Shown: piece by piece, positions 6,935 through 11,450 of the stretch
Layout of the letters: every line of letters starts with the position of its first letter
Position numbering within the stretch: position 1 is the stretch's first letter
DNA from: Candidatus Methylomirabilis sp.
Lineage (GTDB): Bacteria > Methylomirabilota > Methylomirabilia > Methylomirabilales > Methylomirabilaceae
NCBI GenBank assembly: GCA_041498975.1
Contig: JBGQJI010000079.1
Location: 1-11,450 of the forward strand
Length of the DNA: 11,450 nucleotides
Direction of reading: 5' to 3'
Translations under genes and position numbers: made by a program
Notes under the pieces: model-generated
Databases searched by the model: none
What the model was told of the DNA's origin: nothing
Seen by the model: the letters and a program-made list of their open reading frames with translations, nothing else

Positions 6935-6982
6935 GCCCTTCCCTCAACCTCCCCCGAGGGCAGAAGGAAGGGATGAGAGGGC
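6935..6982. repeat. Degenerate purine/pyrimidine palindrome related to the 1243-1283 repeat type; possible terminator for the fusion gene
   Basis: CCCTTCCCTCAACCTCCCCCGAGGGCAGAAGGAAGGGATGAGAGGG, with CCCTTCC/GGAAGGG and CCCTC/GAGGG complementarity. Lies immediately 3' of the stop at 6987. Confidence 0.4.
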
Positions 6983-6986
6983 CGCA

Positions 6987-9900
6987 TTACTCCATCAGCT
7001 TGACGACTTGGCCGCGCAGGACCATGGTGCCGCGCTGATTTGTTGCCTCGGTTTCGATTGGGACGATCGGCTGGCCCTTCCCCTTCTGAGATCGTCTGAT
7101 CTGGTCGTGCGGCGGGACGCTGGCGGTCATCGTCAACACGTCCCCCGCCTGGATCGGTCCGGCAAACTCATGCAACGTCGCGCTCAACAGCAGGTGGCCC
7201 GGAGAGCTCTCTGCCGACGTCATGGCCATCGTCCCCAGGGCGAGCAGGGGAACCAAGTGATCGGGGCCAGGTCCGCCGAAGAGCGCTCGCGTGGCCCGAA
7301 TGAGTTCTTCGCTGATCGTCCTGGAAAAGGTCTGCCGGCGGGGGCTGCCGGGATCGGTGAAGTCATAGACCTTGACCGGAATCGAAGGAGTGACGTCCTT
7401 CGCCCATTGCTTGAGCCAGTTCAGATCGTCGCCTGCAGGCGTGGCGGCGCGAGTCGCGGCCAGCGGCTTGATGGTTGCGACCCCTTCACATACCAGCTTC
7501 CCGTCTTGATTGAGCGCCCGTACGCGAACCCGCCCCCTGCCATGGTCGAGGAGCTGCTCGACATCGACCACCGGCGTGATGGTGTCGGCGAAGTAGACCG
7601 GCGCCTTGAAGTCGGCTTCCAGCGACGCCAGCGCGTAGCCGGGAATGAGCCTCTCGAGGCTGGCCACCAGGCTGGAGACCGTCCACAGGCCGTGCGCCAC
7701 CATCCCCTTGAAACGCGACCCTTCGGCGTATGGCCTGTCCAGGTGGTACCTGTTCCGGTCGCCTGAGGCCTTGGCAAACGCCTGCACCATCCAGTCGCGG
7801 ACGGTAACGGCGTACCCCATCAACCTCTGGCCTGGAAACAGCGCCGTGCCGGTTTTTTCGGTCCCCCCTGGTCTGAGGGCCAGGAGCAGCCGCTCGCGGG
7901 CCGTGATGTAGCGTGTGGCCTCCTCGGCGGTCAGGCGCTTGGCCTTCAGCGCCCGCTCCAACTGGCGGTAATAGATTCGCGCCGTCGCGGCATCCACCAG
8001 CTCGGGTTGATTGGTTACCGGATCATTGTAGGCCACTGCTCCAAGGTTGCGTTCCTGATCCGCGGTGGCGTAGAGCTCGAGGATCTCGAGCGCCCGCTCC
8101 ACGCAATTGATCCAGCGCGCCTTGTAGGCATTCCACCCGTGGTCCGTTGGCCCCGCCGGGCGGTCGCCGCCACGCGGCGGATTCATAATCTCGTCAACCC
8201 GCGCAGCCTGTTCTACCGTCACCAGCTTGCCGTGGAACCCCAGGTTAGCAGCGAAGAGGGTTTCGGCCTCAGTCTCGGCCGGCTCGCTGATCCCGTCGAT
8301 GGCGTCGATATCGGCCTGAGCCGTGGCCGCGATGAGCGCGGAGTGGTAGTAGTAATACCCTCTGGTGCTCGGATCGGTCGGGCTCTCCTTGGGCATCCCA
8401 GCGGGGAGATCCAGAAAGAGCCACATCATTCGTCGGCTGGCCGTCGCGATGGCGAGAGCGTGGGACTCGATCGCCTCCGGGCTGCTGAGGCGCGCGCCAA
8501 GGGCAAAGGTACCAACCGGCAGAGCCAACTCAATCTCGATCTCTGTCAGCAGTCCGTCGGCGCGTCGAACGAGATCGGGCTGATCCACCGAGGGAAGGAT
8601 GACCGCGCCCGCAAGGTCACGCAGGAGGCGCAGCAGTTCCAGAAGCTGTTGATGTGCCCGGGGCTGATGCAGATCGAGCTGCAGGGCGATCACCTTCCCT
8701 GATAGGTCCGTCCGGCCGAGAACCCGAGCCACCTCGCGTTGGGCGTCGAGCCCGCCGCTGCCCAGCAGATGCTCGGCGTCGATGATGATCATATCGGCGA
8801 CGGAGGCCAGAGCCCGCCGAATCGCGTCTGCGTTGCCACCGTCCGCTGCGACGACCGAGCGGGCGAGGATGATAGGCCGCGGGACAAAGACCTTTGGCGG
8901 CAAGACCGGTTTCTGCTCGGCCGCCAGCCGCTTGAGCAACTCGAGATCGAAGGGCACCAGCTCCGGGTACGTCAGCCGCTTGCGGATCACCGGGGCGAAT
9001 TCATGCTGATGCCGCGCAATTCCCTCGATATGCGCCGGGTGCACGCTCCACTTCCGATGAATCCCGATAGCGATCGCGCGGATCGTGTCCACCTCAGTAT
9101 CATCCGCGTTCAACTTCGGGGTGATCCCCGTCCCAGCCACCTTGCCGGTCGCCCGTGCGGCCTGTACCAGCCTGAGCAGCGGATACCGCATGTAGGTGTA
9201 CTGCTCTTGCTGGATGACGCTGCGGCCGCCGGTCGCGGCCGTGTAATCGACGATGCCGAGGTTCCCCTCCTCCACCTCCGGCGCGGCGGACAGGATCTGC
9301 TCCACCGAGAGGATGGCGCCTGGCAGCTCGGTCAGCACAAAGATCTTGTGCCGGCCCAGCACCCAGCCACGGTCCTGCTGGATGGCGCGGAGGATCTGGC
9401 CGGTAACGCGCACGTCGTCCGGCCCCTCGACCTTCGGCATGTAGATGCCGTCGATGAGGTCGCCTACCTCCCGGATGACGTGATAGTAGTCGCCTGCCGT
9501 CCACTTCGTCCGGAGGTTGTTCGGCCTGATCAGGATCATCTGATCGTCGGGAAACCGCTCCTTGAGCTGGAATCTGTCGCTGGCCGGGAGGAACTGCTGT
9601 TCGAGCTGCTCACCCTTGCCCTGGGGAAGCGCGTGCGCCTTCAGAAACTCCAGCTCGTCCTTCGTGAGCGGCTGGCCACGGAAGGCCCTGATCAGGAGCA
9701 CAATCACCTTCCGAGCGATCTCCTTGCGGGTGGTTGCGACCGCGTCTTCCAGGTCGAGGAGCAGGATATGGGCGCCCGACTGCGCGGCCTTGAGCATGAA
9801 GGTCCAGTTATCGCCCGGGAAGACGTGCTCAATGGTTCGCGGCTTGTATTCCCATGCCAGCCGCAGCGTTGCCTTCTCGCGAGAGGCTGCGGGATCGACC

Positions 9901-10040
9901 CGCTGCATCGCATGCCACCGCTCCATCACCTCGGCTTCTGCCTGGGCCGCATCTCCTCCGAATGCCGCCACCACGGTGGCCCAGGCCTGGCCCAGTGTTT
10001 CCGTCTCACCTGCAGGTGCACTTTCCTGATACACAGCCAT
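6987..10040 (-). CDS. Multidomain protein, 1017 aa: two CitE/malyl-CoA-lyase-like (HpcH/HpaI) barrels plus two MaoC-like hot-dog domains
   Basis: GGAGG at 10048-10052 before ATG 10040 (the ORF-track start at 10163 overlaps the upstream gene). Barrel 1: LDLEDAVA, IRPN, MPKVE, LTE, GIVDY, KWSVHP. Barrel 2: LPSV..PDLVRRADGLLTEIE, DAIDG, GFHGK. Lid: GAVAY..LVDAA. MaoC: FAKASGDRNRYHLD..F.GMVAHG..FKAPVYFADTI. Second hot-dog: FAGPIQAGDVLT..ATNQRG. Confidence 0.88.
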   Translation of the reverse strand: MAVYQESAPAGETETLGQAWATVVAAFGGDAAQAEAEVMERWHAMQRVDPAASREKATLRLAWEYKPRTIEHVFPGDNWTFMLKAAQSGAHILLLDLEDAVATTRKEIARKVIVLLIRAFRGQPLTKDELEFLKAHALPQGKGEQLEQQFLPASDRFQLKERFPDDQMILIRPNNLRTKWTAGDYYHVIREVGDLIDGIYMPKVEGPDDVRVTGQILRAIQQDRGWVLGRHKIFVLTELPGAILSVEQILSAAPEVEEGNLGIVDYTAATGGRSVIQQEQYTYMRYPLLRLVQAARATGKVAGTGITPKLNADDTEVDTIRAIAIGIHRKWSVHPAHIEGIARHQHEFAPVIRKRLTYPELVPFDLELLKRLAAEQKPVLPPKVFVPRPIILARSVVAADGGNADAIRRALASVADMIIIDAEHLLGSGGLDAQREVARVLGRTDLSGKVIALQLDLHQPRAHQQLLELLRLLRDLAGAVILPSVDQPDLVRRADGLLTEIEIELALPVGTFALGARLSSPEAIESHALAIATASRRMMWLFLDLPAGMPKESPTDPSTRGYYYYHSALIAATAQADIDAIDGISEPAETEAETLFAANLGFHGKLVTVEQAARVDEIMNPPRGGDRPAGPTDHGWNAYKARWINCVERALEILELYATADQERNLGAVAYNDPVTNQPELVDAATARIYYRQLERALKAKRLTAEEATRYITARERLLLALRPGGTEKTGTALFPGQRLMGYAVTVRDWMVQAFAKASGDRNRYHLDRPYAEGSRFKGMVAHGLWTVSSLVASLERLIPGYALASLEADFKAPVYFADTITPVVDVEQLLDHGRGRVRVRALNQDGKLVCEGVATIKPLAATRAATPAGDDLNWLKQWAKDVTPSIPVKVYDFTDPGSPRRQTFSRTISEELIRATRALFGGPGPDHLVPLLALGTMAMTSAESSPGHLLLSATLHEFAGPIQAGDVLTMTASVPPHDQIRRSQKGKGQPIVPIETEATNQRGTMVLRGQVVKLME

Positions 10041-10116
10041 ACGTCCGCCTCCACATGGCGTGACTCTCACAAATCGGTCCCAATAAATTGACGAGCCTGC
10101 CAGCTCTCCCCGCTCC

Positions 10117-10653
10117 TTACACCGCTCCAGCCACGCCCCCGAACAGAGTGAACAGGAGGGCAAGCGTAAGTAGCTGCACGATCCAACCGATCACGCAGAC
10201 TCCTACCGCCCTCAGCGTTCCGGTGTAGTCCAAGGCCTGTCTGACTGCGATCACCATCGCCACCAGCATCCATACCGATGCCGCCACAAAGACCAGCCAG
10301 GTAAGGCCGGGGATGATGCCCAGCACCCGGATCACCCCAGGGGCGCTGGAGAAGCCGATCGAACGCAACAGCTCACCATAGTCCGCCTTGGTCTGAGGCT
10401 CCGGCAGGAGTCGCGTGCCGATCCAGTACGTGAGGAAGGCCCAGACGTACCATCCAACCAGCGCTGCGATCGTCCCTACGACAAGTCCTCCGATCCCTGT
10501 GTGGGCTGCTGCACCCACCCCAGCCGCCAGACTCGAGAGGAGTACCACAATCGTCGCCTGTCCAAGGGCGCCCCGATCGGCCTCCACCTCTTCGTAGAGG
10601 TTCGCGTCCAGCTTGGCGGCCCGGATCATCCGCTCCCACAGACGTTCCATCAT
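10117..10653 (-). CDS. YIP1-family membrane protein, about 178 aa
   Basis: RMIRAAKLD..LYEEVEAD..A..QA..VV.LSSLAAG N-terminus, ELLRSIGFSSAPG, AMVIAVRQALDY; about five TM helices. GGAG elements precede the tandem ATGs at 10653/10650. Confidence 0.8.
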   Translation of the reverse strand: MMERLWERMIRAAKLDANLYEEVEADRGALGQATIVVLLSSLAAGVGAAAHTGIGGLVVGTIAALVGWYVWAFLTYWIGTRLLPEPQTKADYGELLRSIGFSSAPGVIRVLGIIPGLTWLVFVAASVWMLVAMVIAVRQALDYTGTLRAVGVCVIGWIVQLLTLALLFTLFGGVAGAV

Positions 10654-10773
10654 CGCTCCGTCTCCGCTTTCATTTCCTTCGACCGCGCAGGAACCTGCCA
10701 TCCGTGCGGCTCGGTCAAGATGGCCTTATTCCCTAGCGGCCACTTGAACCGTTAAGATCGGCGAGACGACCCG

Positions 10774-11262
10774 TCATCGTCCCATCGGAACACAGGGCAA
10801 GACGTGGCGAGCGCGCGACTCCTTTTCGGCGCCGGTCTTGGGATCTCTCCCAAAGGTGAGGAAAACACTCGTCACCATCGGGGACACGTTCGAGGAATCG
10901 GCCGTCCAGGAGACGATAGCCTGCAACCCGGAACTGGCTGGGGGCGTCTTCAAGACGTCAGCCAATCGGAGCGACGTGTACTGATGAGGACCGAGCGATG
11001 CACGGAAGCCGGACGGGAACTTTCCCGGCGCGAGAGAAGCCGCAAGCCCGCCGTCCGACTGATAGATCTCGACCTTCTCAACGGTCATGTTACCTTTGCT
11101 GGACAGGTTGCGGAAGCTGATGTTGGTATAGGTGATCTCCGCCCCCTCAAGCCGCGAAGCATAGTACAGCGAGCAACCGAATCTCCCTCCCGCGGCCTCC
11201 GCGAACCCGAAAGTGCCGAACGTGAATCCCGCAATGAGCAAGACTACCACGATGCTTCTCAT
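10774..11262 (-). CDS. Exported hypothetical protein, 162 aa, beta-rich, distantly DUF3124-like
   Basis: GGAGGAGG RBS at 11272-11279 before ATG 11262. Signal peptide MRSIVVVLLIAGFTFGTFGFAEA with an AxA site. The pattern ISFRN..MTVEKVEIYQSDG..LGP..IVSWTAD..P recalls DUF3124; the family call is tentative. Confidence 0.75.
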   Translation of the reverse strand: MRSIVVVLLIAGFTFGTFGFAEAAGGRFGCSLYYASRLEGAEITYTNISFRNLSSKGNMTVEKVEIYQSDGGLAASLAPGKFPSGFRASLGPHQYTSLRLADVLKTPPASSGLQAIVSWTADSSNVSPMVTSVFLTFGRDPKTGAEKESRARHVLPCVPMGR

Positions 11263-11450
11263 GGTCTCAAACCTCCTCCACGATGAAAGCTGCGAACCTG
11301 GATTTGCTAAAGGCGGCCCACGGAGGTGGGACGACCCTGGGGTCTCCTTTGGACTGCGGAGATACCTGCTAAAGGTACAAGAACCAATCACAAAAAGCAA
11401 TACCAGTCCCGCTGCCTGTCGTTCGCATAGGCGCTCGCCCTTGCAGCGGA

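Noticed and set aside
10060..10070. GTGA-CTC-TCAC palindrome upstream of the fusion gene as a CRP/FNR/Rex site
   Set aside because: Spacing does not fit those consensus sites, and a 4-bp arm is expected by chance.
7008..10091. Long + strand ORFs (7008-7766, 8007-8702, 8739-10091) antisense to the fusion gene
   Set aside because: Codon-mirror frames of a GC-rich gene with no domain signatures.
10041..10163. Cys-rich N-terminal extension (MPSCSLCSG) of the fusion protein in the ORF track
   Set aside because: Overlaps the YIP1 gene's 3' end; a strong GGAGG supports ATG 10040 instead.
11390..11406. Sigma-54-like promoter CTGGTATTGCTTTTTGT on the minus strand
   Set aside because: Does not satisfy GG-N10-GC; the -12 position reads TG.

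Overview
GC-rich bacterial chromosomal window with no transposase, integrase, tRNA, rRNA or CRISPR array. The + strand carries the 3' end of pqqE (PQQ radical SAM/SPASM), a half-size DUF318-type permease and an M17 leucyl aminopeptidase. Converging on these is a run of seven minus-strand genes, in transcription order: an exported DUF3124-like protein, a YIP1-like membrane protein, a 1017-aa acyl-CoA enzyme fusion, a PA0069-family radical SAM protein, an NCS2/AzgA-like permease, a 65-aa membrane protein and an ECHDC3-like crotonase. The most unusual element is the 1017-aa fusion. It appears to join one intact CitE/malyl-CoA-lyase barrel, one degenerate barrel carrying the only C-terminal lid, one intact MaoC/PhaJ hydratase and one degenerate hot-dog domain. 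The spacers hold five distinct types of palindromic repeat, including a heptamer palindrome nested inside a TGTCATTGCGAG element and two repeats lying in frame at the 5' end of the aminopeptidase ORF. All family assignments come from motif recognition by eye; no searches were run.
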